A stretch of 32,045 nt of DNA from contig CAYJCB010000010.1 in the NCBI GenBank assembly GCA_964368615.1, positions 1-32,045 of the forward strand, given 5' to 3'. Each line of letters begins with the position of its first letter. Positions within the stretch are counted from its first letter, which is position 1. Position numbers and translations under genes: made by a program. A model generated the notes under the pieces. The model had not been told where the DNA came from. It was given only the letters and a program-made list of their open reading frames with translations, and made no database searches. Below are positions 1 to 8,936 of this stretch, piece after piece. The stretch comes from an uncultured Halomonadaceae bacterium. GTDB taxonomy: Bacteria > Pseudomonadota > Gammaproteobacteria > Pseudomonadales > Halomonadaceae.

Positions 1-2158
1 GCTGAAGGCGCTCTAGGTATTGGCTATATTGGTAAGTGTCAGGGTAAGCTTTATGTAGCTGGGTAAACAGGCTTTCAGCTTGAACAAAATCTTGTGTACG
101 AAAAGCCATTAAAGCTTCGTCTAACAAGGCTAACTCGGCAGCTAATTCAGGTGTTAAAGCTTCAATAGGGCAAAGTGGCTGATAAATATTTACAGGCACG
201 CCTTTGCCTTTTACGGTTACTAAATCTAGTTCACGCCATACAAAATGCTCTAAAGCTAACTCTCGCGTGCGCGGCCCCACTATTAGGCTAACTGAATAAT
301 ATTTAGTCGCACTTTCTAAACGCGCGGCTAGGTTAACGGAATCACCTAATACGGTGTAAGCTCGGCGGTATTTAGAACCCATGTCGCCCACGTTCATTAA
401 ACCAGAATTAATACCAATGCCTACGCTAATCACTGGCAAGCCTTCAGACACAAAAACCTGACTAATTTCTTCAGTTGCTTTTAACATAGCTAAAGCTGCT
501 TGAATGGAATGCAAGGCGTGATCTGCATCTTTAATGGGCGCTCCCCAAAAAGCCATGACTAGGTCACCAATGTATTTGTCAATCGTGCCACGATGGTCAA
601 ATATAACCCCAGTAACGGGTGTAAAATAGCGATTTAATAACTGTTTAAGTTCATCGGCAGTTAAGCGTTCTGAAAGGCTAGTAAAGCCACGAATATCAGA
701 AAAAAGTACACTTAGCTCACGTGATTCACCCGCAAAACTAAACTCATTGGGGTGGCGACTCATTTCATCGACTAACTGGGGCGGTACGTATTGGCCAAAC
801 ATATCGGCTAATCTATGGCGCGTCATGGATTCATAAAAAAAACCCCAAACAAAATTAAAGATAGTTAAGAAAAAAATCAATAATAAAGGGCCTGCAAGGG
901 CTAAAACAATGCCTTCAAAAAACCATAACCAACTCGTTAACGCAATAACACTTAAAGACAGTATTGAACTTATTAACAATTGCAAAATAGGTGTTAACCA
1001 AGGCAAAGCTAAAGCCAATATTAAACCAGCAATTAAGGCAATAACTAGGTTAGCACCTGCTGCCCAAGAAGGCTGTTGTAAAAACTGTTTATCTAACATA
1101 GCAGCTAGCAAGTTGGCATGAACTTCTACGCCTGGATAAACCGAAGCCACCGGCGTAGCACGTAAATCAAACAAACCCGGCGCACTAGTACCCACTAAAA
1201 CAAGTGCGCCTTGTATTAAGGCTGGGTCAACTTCACCCGCTAAAAGCTTCCAAGCAGGTATATAAGGAAAAGTTTCTGCAGGGCCACGAAAAGGTATTAA
1301 TAACTGGCCATTACCGTCGGTTGGTAAAATTAAATTTTCATCAAGGTAAAGCTTTTCTATGTGCTGCTTACCAGCAATGGTCGAAGTTTTAACTTCCATA
1401 GTTTCCAAAAACATAAATTGGCGCAGCATCTCTAAAGAAAGCGATGTATATAACTGATTATCATAACGCGCTAACATAGCAGCACGTCTTACCACACCAT
1501 CTTCATCGGGTGCTAAGCTAAAAAAACCACCATTTCCGGTTGCTTCAATTAATACCTCTAAAGGCGCAGCATAACCAGTCATAATCGGTAATACTAGCTG
1601 GCTAACCAGCTCATCAGTCGCATTATTTAAATGCAAAGGTTTTGGAAGTAAACCACTGGTTAATTGGTATTGGTAGTGAAATAAATAGCCCAATACTGTT
1701 TCAGATTCTTTAAGCGTTTTAGATAACAAGGTATCATTATCGTAGTTTTTCTGTAATAAATTTAATTGTTTGTATAAACTAGATTGCTCATCTAAACCCG
1801 CTAAAACCTCTTGCGCTGGGTTACGTTCAGCTTCACCGAATAAAATATCGAAACCTATTACCGCTGCACCTGCTTCATTTAATTTTTGTACTAGATTAGC
1901 AATTTTTGCCCTAGACCAAGGCCAACGTCCTTCGTGTTGCAAAGAGGCTTCATCTATATCAATAATTATCACTGGTGCAGCAGCAGGTTGAAATTCACTA
2001 GTTAGGTGAAGCTGCATACGCTGATCGTAAATAAGTAACTCAAAACGCTGATAAATATCGCTAATGCCAGGCAACAAGCCGGTTAAGGCTAGCAGTAAAA
2101 ATATGACTAATAAAAGACCACCCAAAGTGGCTAAAATACGTGACAGTAAAGGAGTCAT
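1..2158 (-). CDS. CHASE2-domain class III adenylate cyclase (3' end runs off the window edge)
   Basis: Manual translation from ATG at 2158 (MTPLLSRILATLGG...), no stop seen to position 1. CHASE2 motifs IIDIDEASL..EGRWPWSR, IGFDILF, PDEDGVVRR, LVGTSAPGLFDLRATP, YPGVEVHA. Then about 3 TM helices and cyclase motifs LFSDIRGFT, DKYIGD, VGIGINSG, YTVLGDSVNLAARLE. Confidence 0.93.
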   Translation of the reverse strand, partial: MTPLLSRILATLGGLLLVIFLLLALTGLLPGISDIYQRFELLIYDQRMQLHLTSEFQPAAAPVIIIDIDEASLQHEGRWPWSRAKIANLVQKLNEAGAAVIGFDILFGEAERNPAQEVLAGLDEQSSLYKQLNLLQKNYDNDTLLSKTLKESETVLGYLFHYQYQLTSGLLPKPLHLNNATDELVSQLVLPIMTGYAAPLEVLIEATGNGGFFSLAPDEDGVVRRAAMLARYDNQLYTSLSLEMLRQFMFLETMEVKTSTIAGKQHIEKLYLDENLILPTDGNGQLLIPFRGPAETFPYIPAWKLLAGEVDPALIQGALVLVGTSAPGLFDLRATPVASVYPGVEVHANLLAAMLDKQFLQQPSWAAGANLVIALIAGLILALALPWLTPILQLLISSILSLSVIALTSWLWFFEGIVLALAGPLLLIFFLTIFNFVWGFFYESMTRHRLADMFGQYVPPQLVDEMSRHPNEFSFAGESRELSVLFSDIRGFTSLSERLTADELKQLLNRYFTPVTGVIFDHRGTIDKYIGDLVMAFWGAPIKDADHALHSIQAALAMLKATEEISQVFVSEGLPVISVGIGINSGLMNVGDMGSKYRRAYTVLGDSVNLAARLESATKYYSVSLIVGPRTRELALEHFVWRELDLVTVKGKGVPVNIYQPLCPIEALTPELAAELALLDEALMAFRTQDFVQAESLFTQLHKAYPDTYQYSQYLERLQ

Positions 2159-2185
2159 AAGCCCTAATAATTTTTTTTAGTTTTT

Positions 2186-2536
2186 CTAACAAACTCTTAG
2201 GCTGGCATTCTCTATTATCCACACCATCAAGGCAATAAACCCCGCACCACCCGCTAGCACTATCAGCCACTGCACCCAGCCAAGGTTTAAATTTACACTA
2301 AAACCTTTTTTAGAGGTTGCAACGTCTTTTCTGTCGGTACGCAACAAGCCTTCTTTTTCCATTTGAATTTGCGCAGCAGCTTCAACTAAAAGCTTAACAT
2401 CGGGCGCAGCGCGTTCCATTAAAAACTCTGCTGCTGCCTTCCAGTTAGGATTACGCTTGCCAGTACGTAAGGTGCGTAACGCAGAACCTGAAGAAGTAAA
2501 AGTGGGTGTATAACCACCTGCATCATTGGAACTCAT
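2186..2536 (-). CDS. Hypothetical protein with one C-terminal transmembrane helix
   Basis: 116-aa ORF filling the gap between kinase and cyclase, co-oriented with both. Hydrophobic C-terminus WVQWLIVLAGGAGFIALMVWII; GAG-containing RBS-like sequence upstream. Confidence 0.7.
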   Translation of the reverse strand: MSSNDAGGYTPTFTSSGSALRTLRTGKRNPNWKAAAEFLMERAAPDVKLLVEAAAQIQMEKEGLLRTDRKDVATSKKGFSVNLNLGWVQWLIVLAGGAGFIALMVWIIENASLRVC

Positions 2537-2552
2537 GGTTTAACTCTTATCA

Positions 2553-3761
2553 TTAAAAATCACTAATCTCACTAATCGGAACATGCAACTCTACACAGCA
2601 ACCACGCCCTAACTGAGAGCTAATGGTTAAGTTAGCATTTAACTCGACTGCTCTATAGTGCAAATTACTTAAACCTCGGCCCGTAAAACCCTCTTGCTGC
2701 TCGTCAAAACCACAACCATCGTCTTTTATTTGAATTTTCAAACAGTTCGATGCTTTCATTCTTGCAATCAAGCTAACTTTGCTGGCTTTGGCGTGTTTAA
2801 TGGTATTTACCAGCGTTTCTTGCACAATGCGCTGTAAGTTTAACGCATCTTGCGGTGTCATAGCTGGAAAATCGGGCAAATCATCGACTTTCCAAGTTAA
2901 TTCTAAACCGGCTTGCTGAATACGGCGCTCTAAACGGTAGCGCAGCTGGCCTAATAAGGTTGCCACATCGCCATCAAACGCCTGCATGGAATCCATCATA
3001 ATGCGTAAATCTTCAAGGGCTAACTGTAAGTAATCTGCAACTTCTTCAATGCTAGCTTGCTCGTTACGCGTTGCATACAAGGCAGTAGTTAACTGCGCAC
3101 CCAAACCATCGTGCATTTCTCTTAACAAGCGATTGCGTTCTTTTTCAGTAGCCTCACGGTGTTTTATGTATTCAAGTTGCAAATGTGCTTGGTGACGACT
3201 TTTTTCGTAAAAATAAACCAAAATAACCAAGGCAATAAATGCAATCGAAATATTATAAATAGCCACCTTATTAAAAGGTGCAGGCTGCCATACATTTACA
3301 TTAATTAATAGCATTATAAAAACAGGTATAAAAAATAAAGCAACGGCTAAAATACCACGCCTAGTACCGCTTAAAAAAAACGCAAAAGGGGGAAAGGTTG
3401 CTAACCAAAAAAAACTATAATCATAATGCTCGCTTAACAACAAAAAAACCAATAAAGCCAAGCCAACAATAATCGTTGTTAAAAAGCTACTTACAACAAC
3501 ATTTAATGTCATTCTAAAATAAAAAAAGTTAGCAAAACAAAGCACCAAGGCAGATAAGTCAACTAATGCCACTTTAGGGTCTTCAAACACTAAAATATTA
3601 AGCAATGAAAATAAACCAAAAACCCCAATAGCAGCCATTAACATGACGTTAATTAAAAAAGCTTTACGGTAATCACGCCCAGCAGGACGAAAGCCGCCGC
3701 CACAAGTAGTTAAGTTAACCCACAGCTGAACTAATTTTTGTACGAAGGCTAATTGAATCAT
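2553..3761 (-). CDS. Membrane sensor histidine kinase, HisKA_3 (NarX/UhpB-like) type
   Basis: About 6 N-terminal TM segments; H-box ERNRLLREMHDGLG; N-box QETLVNTIKHA; G-boxes IKDDGCGF and GRGLSNL. Confidence 0.93.
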   Translation of the reverse strand: MIQLAFVQKLVQLWVNLTTCGGGFRPAGRDYRKAFLINVMLMAAIGVFGLFSLLNILVFEDPKVALVDLSALVLCFANFFYFRMTLNVVVSSFLTTIIVGLALLVFLLLSEHYDYSFFWLATFPPFAFFLSGTRRGILAVALFFIPVFIMLLINVNVWQPAPFNKVAIYNISIAFIALVILVYFYEKSRHQAHLQLEYIKHREATEKERNRLLREMHDGLGAQLTTALYATRNEQASIEEVADYLQLALEDLRIMMDSMQAFDGDVATLLGQLRYRLERRIQQAGLELTWKVDDLPDFPAMTPQDALNLQRIVQETLVNTIKHAKASKVSLIARMKASNCLKIQIKDDGCGFDEQQEGFTGRGLSNLHYRAVELNANLTISSQLGRGCCVELHVPISEISDF

Positions 3762-3763
3762 AT

Positions 3764-4447
3764 TTAATATAACGCTCGCATATCGAGTAAACCTTGGCGA
3801 GTCGCAGCAAAAACTGCTTCATTCTTAGTTTTAACCGACAATTTACGGTAAAGATTTTTAATGTGCGAGTTAACTGTATGACTGGATACATTTAAATCTT
3901 CTGCTACTTCACGGTAGGTATAGCCACGCGCTAATAACTTTAATAGCTGCATTTCACGACGTGTTAACGAAGCTGCTTCGCTGTTGTCGTCTAAATTCTG
4001 TTTAAAATGGCTTTCAGTTGCCTGCATACGCTTTAAAAGGTGCCGCGCAATCATTGGGCTCATAGGGCTGCCACCATCACACAACTGAATAATGTGCTCA
4101 GCCAAGCCTAAATCATCGGTATCTTTTAAAATATAGCCACTAGCGCCAGCTTCGATAGCCTGAACTACATGCCCTTCATCGCCAAACATACTCACTACCA
4201 TAATTTCAGTAGTCGGCTGTTTTTGGCTAACTTCTTGAATAATTTCCATACCTGAACCATCAGGCAAACCTAAATCAATCAACAATACCCGTGGATTACT
4301 GCTTAAAGCCAAGGCTTTACCGCTGCGCACACAACTAGCTTCACCCAACCAAAGTAAATCGGAATGTTTTTCTATTGATTTTTTAAACCGCTGGCGAACG
4401 GCAGGATCATCATCAACCAACGCTACACTGATTTTTTCTCTAGTCAT
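3764..4447 (-). CDS. NarL/LuxR-family response regulator
   Basis: Receiver motifs LVDDD, LIDLGLPDGSG, GASGYILK; LuxR HTH LTRREMQLLKLLARGYTYREVAEDLNVSSHTVNSHIKNLYRKL. Ends 2 nt before the kinase start. Confidence 0.95.
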   Translation of the reverse strand: MTREKISVALVDDDPAVRQRFKKSIEKHSDLLWLGEASCVRSGKALALSSNPRVLLIDLGLPDGSGMEIIQEVSQKQPTTEIMVVSMFGDEGHVVQAIEAGASGYILKDTDDLGLAEHIIQLCDGGSPMSPMIARHLLKRMQATESHFKQNLDDNSEAASLTRREMQLLKLLARGYTYREVAEDLNVSSHTVNSHIKNLYRKLSVKTKNEAVFAATRQGLLDMRALY

Positions 4448-4533
4448 TTCTATTACTCTTTATTAAGTCCGTTTATTGAATTCTCTACCTATTTGAGAAT
4501 GAATAACATCCCTTAGTTTAGTGAGATAGCCCT

Positions 4534-5328
4534 TTATTTTAGCCTAAAAAAAGTGCTTAACAGGTTAGCATGAAGCACTGGCAATACAATGGCGGTTGAA
4601 GTTTGGCGTAAATTAGCCAGCGTTTCTAGCACTAAAGCTACATTTGCTGGTTCGTTACGCTGCCCTTGTAACCCCTGCAACGGCATATCTGGACTGTCAG
4701 TTTCTAATAAAAAAGCTGTTAAAGGTAAGTTTTGGGCAATTTGGCGTAATTTATTAGCGCGTGAGTAGGTTAAACCACCGCCTAAACCTAGCTTAAAACT
4801 CAACTCAACCAGCTGTTCGGCTTGTTGTTGGCTGCCTGAAAAAGCGTGTAATAAACCGCCTTGCGGTAATTGAAAGCGCCTTAGCCGTTGAATTACTTTA
4901 TCCATCGCCTTACGCACATGAATAACCACGGGCAGCTCTAGCTCTTTAGCCAGTGCTAGCTGGGCATCAAAAAACTGCCATTGTTTGGCTTCTTGGGCTT
5001 GTAATTCGGGGCTGTGTAAATCAATACCGATTTCACCTAAGGCAATAACTTTAGGGGTGGTAAGCAGTTGGCGTTTTAGTTCGATTAAATCGGCAAGCTT
5101 ATGTTCAGCAATAAATAAAGGATGCAAACCTAAGCAGGCATAAAGTTGCGGCTGTTTTGTTTTGGTTGAACAATCTGCCACTTGCTGCAACAGCCTTGGC
5201 CAAGTGGCAGCACTAATGCCAGCCAGAATTATTGTATTAACACCCGCTAACTTTGCCCGCTGCAACACTTGGTTTCGGTCAGCATCAAACACTGGAAAAT
5301 CTAAGTGGCAGTGGGCATCGTAAAGCAT
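4534..5328 (-). CDS. TatD-family hydrolase/DNase (YjjV-like)
   Basis: DAHCHLD, LGLHP, LGEIGID, VIHVR, LHAFSG, LLETDSPD, RNEP motifs. Confidence 0.93.
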   Translation of the reverse strand: MLYDAHCHLDFPVFDADRNQVLQRAKLAGVNTIILAGISAATWPRLLQQVADCSTKTKQPQLYACLGLHPLFIAEHKLADLIELKRQLLTTPKVIALGEIGIDLHSPELQAQEAKQWQFFDAQLALAKELELPVVIHVRKAMDKVIQRLRRFQLPQGGLLHAFSGSQQQAEQLVELSFKLGLGGGLTYSRANKLRQIAQNLPLTAFLLETDSPDMPLQGLQGQRNEPANVALVLETLANLRQTSTAIVLPVLHANLLSTFFRLK

Positions 5329-5339
5329 TTTATTTTAAA

Positions 5340-6716
5340 TTAGCCATGTAAATCGCGCATAATCATCGCGTATTTTAGGTTTTCGCCTTCCAACATTTCG
5401 CCCGGCAACTGGCAACGCACAAAATGCCCAGTACCCGGGGCAACGCTCATGGCTTTACCATTTTTGCTATTTTCTAACGCATCTAATTTAAAACGACGGT
5501 TGCCAGCAGGGGTCATTAATTCTAGCGTATCGCCCACTTCAAACTTGTTTTTAACTTCTATATCTATCCAGCCGTTGTCTTGGGCTTCTAATACTTCGCC
5601 CACAAACTGCTGATGCACACCCACTGAATTGCCCGTTTCGTAGTTTTGGTATTCGTCGTGAATGTGGCGGCGGTAAAAACCTTCGGTATAACCACGGTTG
5701 GCTAGGTTTTCTAGCGCGTCCATTAAATCCATATCAAAAGGGCGACCAGCAACGGCATCATCTATAGCGCGGCGGTAAACCTGTGCAGTACGTGCCACGT
5801 AGTAATGGCTTTTGGTACGGCCTTCAATTTTAAGTGAATCAATGCCCATTTCAGCCAAACGATTAACGTGTTGCACCGCACGTAAATCACGCGAGTTCAT
5901 AATATAAGTGCCATGCTCATCTTCAAAAATGGGCATAAACTCACCAGGGCGCTTGGCTTCTTCGATTAATGCAGACAGCACTTCTTGGCCTTCTTCACCA
6001 CCAGCGGTTTTACTGTTGTCAGTTTTTTGCCCCGGTGTCCAAATGCCTTGAGCACTGGCTTGGGCTAAGGGAATTAAATCACCCGTATCGTCCGTTGCCA
6101 CTTCATGGGTTTTATAATTCCAACGGCAAGCGTTGGTGCAAGAGCCTTGGTTGGGGTCGCGGTGGTTAAAATAACCCGACAGCAAGCAGCGGCCTGAATA
6201 AGCAATGCACAAAGCGCCGTGTACAAAAGTTTCTAGTTCAATCGTTGGGCATTCTTGGCGAATTTCAGCAATTTCATCTAAGGATAATTCGCGTGATAAA
6301 ATAATCCGCTGCACGCCTAGTTTTTCCCAAAAGCGCACTGCTGCGTAGTTAACCACGTTGGCTTGAACTGACAAGTGAATCACTTGGTCGGGCCATTTTT
6401 CGCGCACCATCATGATTAAGCCAGGGTCAGACATAATTAAAGCGTCTGGCTGCATTTCAATGACTGGCTCCATATCCTTCATATAGCTACGAACTTTGCT
6501 ATTATGCGGCGCGATATTACTGGCGACAAAAAATAGCTTATTGCGCTGGTGGGCGTATTCAATACCCTTGCCTAAGCCTTCTAAATTGAAGTCGTTGTTA
6601 CGCACGCGCAAACTGTAACGCGGTTGACCGGCATAAACGGCATCAGCACCGTAAGCAAGGGCGTACTGCATGTTGCGGAAAGTTCCCGCTGGGGATAGAA
6701 GCTCTGGAGATTTCAT
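5340..6716 (-). CDS. trhP: U32-family tRNA 5-hydroxyuridine modification protein TrhP (YegQ)
   Basis: PELLSPAG, YGADAVYAGQPRYSLRVRNN, HGALCIAYSGRCLLS, CTNACRW, KIEGRTKS motifs. The ATG at 6716 (MKSPELL) fits the family N-terminus better than the track start at 6737. Confidence 0.92.
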   Translation of the reverse strand: MKSPELLSPAGTFRNMQYALAYGADAVYAGQPRYSLRVRNNDFNLEGLGKGIEYAHQRNKLFFVASNIAPHNSKVRSYMKDMEPVIEMQPDALIMSDPGLIMMVREKWPDQVIHLSVQANVVNYAAVRFWEKLGVQRIILSRELSLDEIAEIRQECPTIELETFVHGALCIAYSGRCLLSGYFNHRDPNQGSCTNACRWNYKTHEVATDDTGDLIPLAQASAQGIWTPGQKTDNSKTAGGEEGQEVLSALIEEAKRPGEFMPIFEDEHGTYIMNSRDLRAVQHVNRLAEMGIDSLKIEGRTKSHYYVARTAQVYRRAIDDAVAGRPFDMDLMDALENLANRGYTEGFYRRHIHDEYQNYETGNSVGVHQQFVGEVLEAQDNGWIDIEVKNKFEVGDTLELMTPAGNRRFKLDALENSKNGKAMSVAPGTGHFVRCQLPGEMLEGENLKYAMIMRDLHG

Positions 6717-6789
6717 TAGACTGGTATACCTGACCATTGAACTAGGATTAATATAAGAATTTTAACACAGGCTGAAAGCAAGTAAACCT

Positions 6790-7101
6790 ATGATCCCTTT
6801 GAAAGCCTTAGATAGCAGCTTGAATATAACACTAAGCAGCAGCCACGCTTGCCGTGCTGGTTGCGCTGCCTGTTGCATTGCACCTTCTATAAGCTCAACA
6901 ACTGCTGCCATGCCGCAGGGTAAAGCAGCTGGTAAGGTTTGTGTGCATTTAGATAAAAACCTACTTTGTGAGCTTTTTGCTACAGCAGAACGTCCCCAAG
7001 TGTGTAGCGATTATGGTTTTGATGCTGAAGTTTGCGGCACTTGCCGTGAAGAAGCCCTAGCCAATTTGAATTGGCTGGAAGCCAGCACCGCCAACGCGTA
7101 A
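6790..7101 (+). CDS. YkgJ/YeiW-family cysteine-cluster protein
   Basis: CRAGCAACCIAPSISS...GKAAG..CVHL...C..F...RP.VC pattern. True start may lie downstream of 6790. Confidence 0.85.
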   Translation: MIPLKALDSSLNITLSSSHACRAGCAACCIAPSISSTTAAMPQGKAAGKVCVHLDKNLLCELFATAERPQVCSDYGFDAEVCGTCREEALANLNWLEASTANA

Positions 7102-7151
7102 CCTAATGGGGCATTATCAACAACAATAAGGACTTATTAGGAGTTTTAACT

Positions 7152-8189
7152 ATGCCTCGTGCTTTTATTATTGCTTCAGGTGGTCGCCAAGATGGCGTGG
7201 GTAGCCTAGAAGCGCTCGATGCCATGCGTGAACAAGTCACAGAAGCCGGTCTTAAACTAGAACGCCTAGTCATTGACCCCCTCAGTGCTGGCTGGGGAAC
7301 GCCAGTCGCCCGTCACCACTTTCGTTCTGGCTGCGGCCCTTTAGAAGCTTTGGCTTATGCCCAAACTCAATTGCGTGAAGGTGCTTTTGAAGCCGTTTTA
7401 ATTGAAGGCAGCGATGCCGTTAAAACTGGCTACCCGCGTGAAGAACGCACCAAACTAATGCATATTTACGGTAAAAATTACCCCGTTTCCCAAGCCTACA
7501 CCGATTTAGCCAAACGTTTTTGCCGAGAAGAAGGCATCAATTTCGACCAATTTCGTGAATTAAGAGACGCTGTGTTTGAAAACTACCAGCACAGCGCACC
7601 TGATAAAACCCTCGATGCTACTTGGCTGGCTGACCAAACCGAACTATTTCGCGGCGTAGACTGTGCCAACCCTTATGCCGATTACAGCGGTGGTCTGCTG
7701 CTAACCCGTGATGACCTGCTGGGCAGTTTTGATTTAACGCAACCGGCTATCGAAGTAGCTGGCGTGGGCATAGGTTATGCACAAGGCGATGGCGCTGACC
7801 ATTTGGAAGAACTAGCAACCTATTGGCACTTAGAAAAAGCCATTTATTATGCCAACCTAGAAGCGGGTTTAAACTTTGCAACGGCTTTTAAGCAAGGCAA
7901 AGCATTGCTAGAAGCTTATACCTGTTACCCTGTCGTACCTTTGGCGCTGCTGTTGCACGGTAAATTTGTGGATAGATGGCAGGCTATTCCTGCTTGGTTA
8001 GCGCAACACAGCTTAACCCTAAAAGGTGGCATGAACCTGAACCGCGCCCCGTGGAATTTACCGGCGTTACGCGCTTTAATTGAAATGACCCAAACGCTGC
8101 ATACCAGTGAAAAGCAACTGGGTGGCGTACAGGGCAACGGCGGCTTAGGCTATAAACAGGGTTTTGCCATTTTACGGCGGAACGCTTAA
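7152..8189 (+). CDS. Divergent thiolase-fold protein (non-canonical acetyl-CoA acetyltransferase-like)
   Basis: Strong RBS (AGGAG). Thiolase-order motifs SGCG, DCANP..D..GGLLL, VAGVG, LEAYTCYP, TLKGGMN, GGVQGNGG.G..QG.AIL. Fold assignment is inferred from motif order. Confidence 0.6.
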   Translation: MPRAFIIASGGRQDGVGSLEALDAMREQVTEAGLKLERLVIDPLSAGWGTPVARHHFRSGCGPLEALAYAQTQLREGAFEAVLIEGSDAVKTGYPREERTKLMHIYGKNYPVSQAYTDLAKRFCREEGINFDQFRELRDAVFENYQHSAPDKTLDATWLADQTELFRGVDCANPYADYSGGLLLTRDDLLGSFDLTQPAIEVAGVGIGYAQGDGADHLEELATYWHLEKAIYYANLEAGLNFATAFKQGKALLEAYTCYPVVPLALLLHGKFVDRWQAIPAWLAQHSLTLKGGMNLNRAPWNLPALRALIEMTQTLHTSEKQLGGVQGNGGLGYKQGFAILRRNA

Positions 8190-8256
8190 GCTAAGCGGCT
8201 GTCTTACAAAAAGTAAAGCAATTAAATAAACTAAACAATTTAGCAGGAGAGACACC

Positions 8257-8916
8257 ATGCGTTACGACGCTCCGATTAGCCATTCGGCTTCCAATGCGAT
8301 TAGCGAATCAGCACAAAAAGTGCTGCGCAACACCTATATGCTGCTGGGCATGACTTTAGCTTTTAGCGCATTAACCGCTTATTTTTCTTTAGTTTCTGGC
8401 CTGCGCCTGAACATTATTGTGTTCATTGTGGGTGTTTACGGCTTAATGTTTTTAACCCATAAACTGGCTGATTCTGCTTGGGGTTTGCTTAGCGTTTTTG
8501 CTTTCACGGGTTTTATGGGTTTATCGCTAGGACCTATTCTTGCTATGTACCTAGGTGCTGGCATGGGCAATATTGTCGTTTCTGCCCTTAGCATGACTGC
8601 TTTTGTATTTTTTGGCTTATCGGCTTTTGCACTGATTACCAAAAAAGACTTCGATTTTATGGGCAAGTTTTTAATGGTCGGTGGCCTAGTTTTAATGGCA
8701 GGTGTGATTGCTAACCTCTTCTTAGGCTTAACAGGCTTACACCTAGCCATTAGTGCTGGTTTTGTTATTTTTTCTTCCGCGATGATTTTATTCCAAACTG
8801 GGCAAATCGTGAATGGCGGCGAAACTAACTACATTCGTGCCACTGTTACCTTGTTTGTTTCTATCTATAACTTGTTCCTAAGCCTGCTGTCTTTGCTAGG
8901 CATGAGCAACGATTAA
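8257..8916 (+). CDS. yccA: Bax inhibitor-1/YccA family membrane protein
   Basis: KVLRNTYMLLGMTLAFSA start, 7 hydrophobic segments, GGETNYIRATVTLFVSIYNLF; AGGAG RBS. Confidence 0.95.
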   Translation: MRYDAPISHSASNAISESAQKVLRNTYMLLGMTLAFSALTAYFSLVSGLRLNIIVFIVGVYGLMFLTHKLADSAWGLLSVFAFTGFMGLSLGPILAMYLGAGMGNIVVSALSMTAFVFFGLSAFALITKKDFDFMGKFLMVGGLVLMAGVIANLFLGLTGLHLAISAGFVIFSSAMILFQTGQIVNGGETNYIRATVTLFVSIYNLFLSLLSLLGMSND

Positions 8917-8936
8917 TTGCTTAAAGCCAGACTAAA

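Noticed and set aside
909-2270. Small ORFs 909-1121, 1204-1392, 1770-1991 (+) and 2061-2270 (-)
   Set aside because: They lie antisense to, or out of frame with, the CHASE2 cyclase and 116-aa genes and show no motifs.
5980-6070. Extra segment within TrhP
   Set aside because: In frame and in a region I recall as a variable loop; no intein or repeat features.
8190-8256. tRNA-Ser expected upstream of yccA by synteny
   Set aside because: The gap is only 67 nt, with no T-loop motif or cloverleaf.
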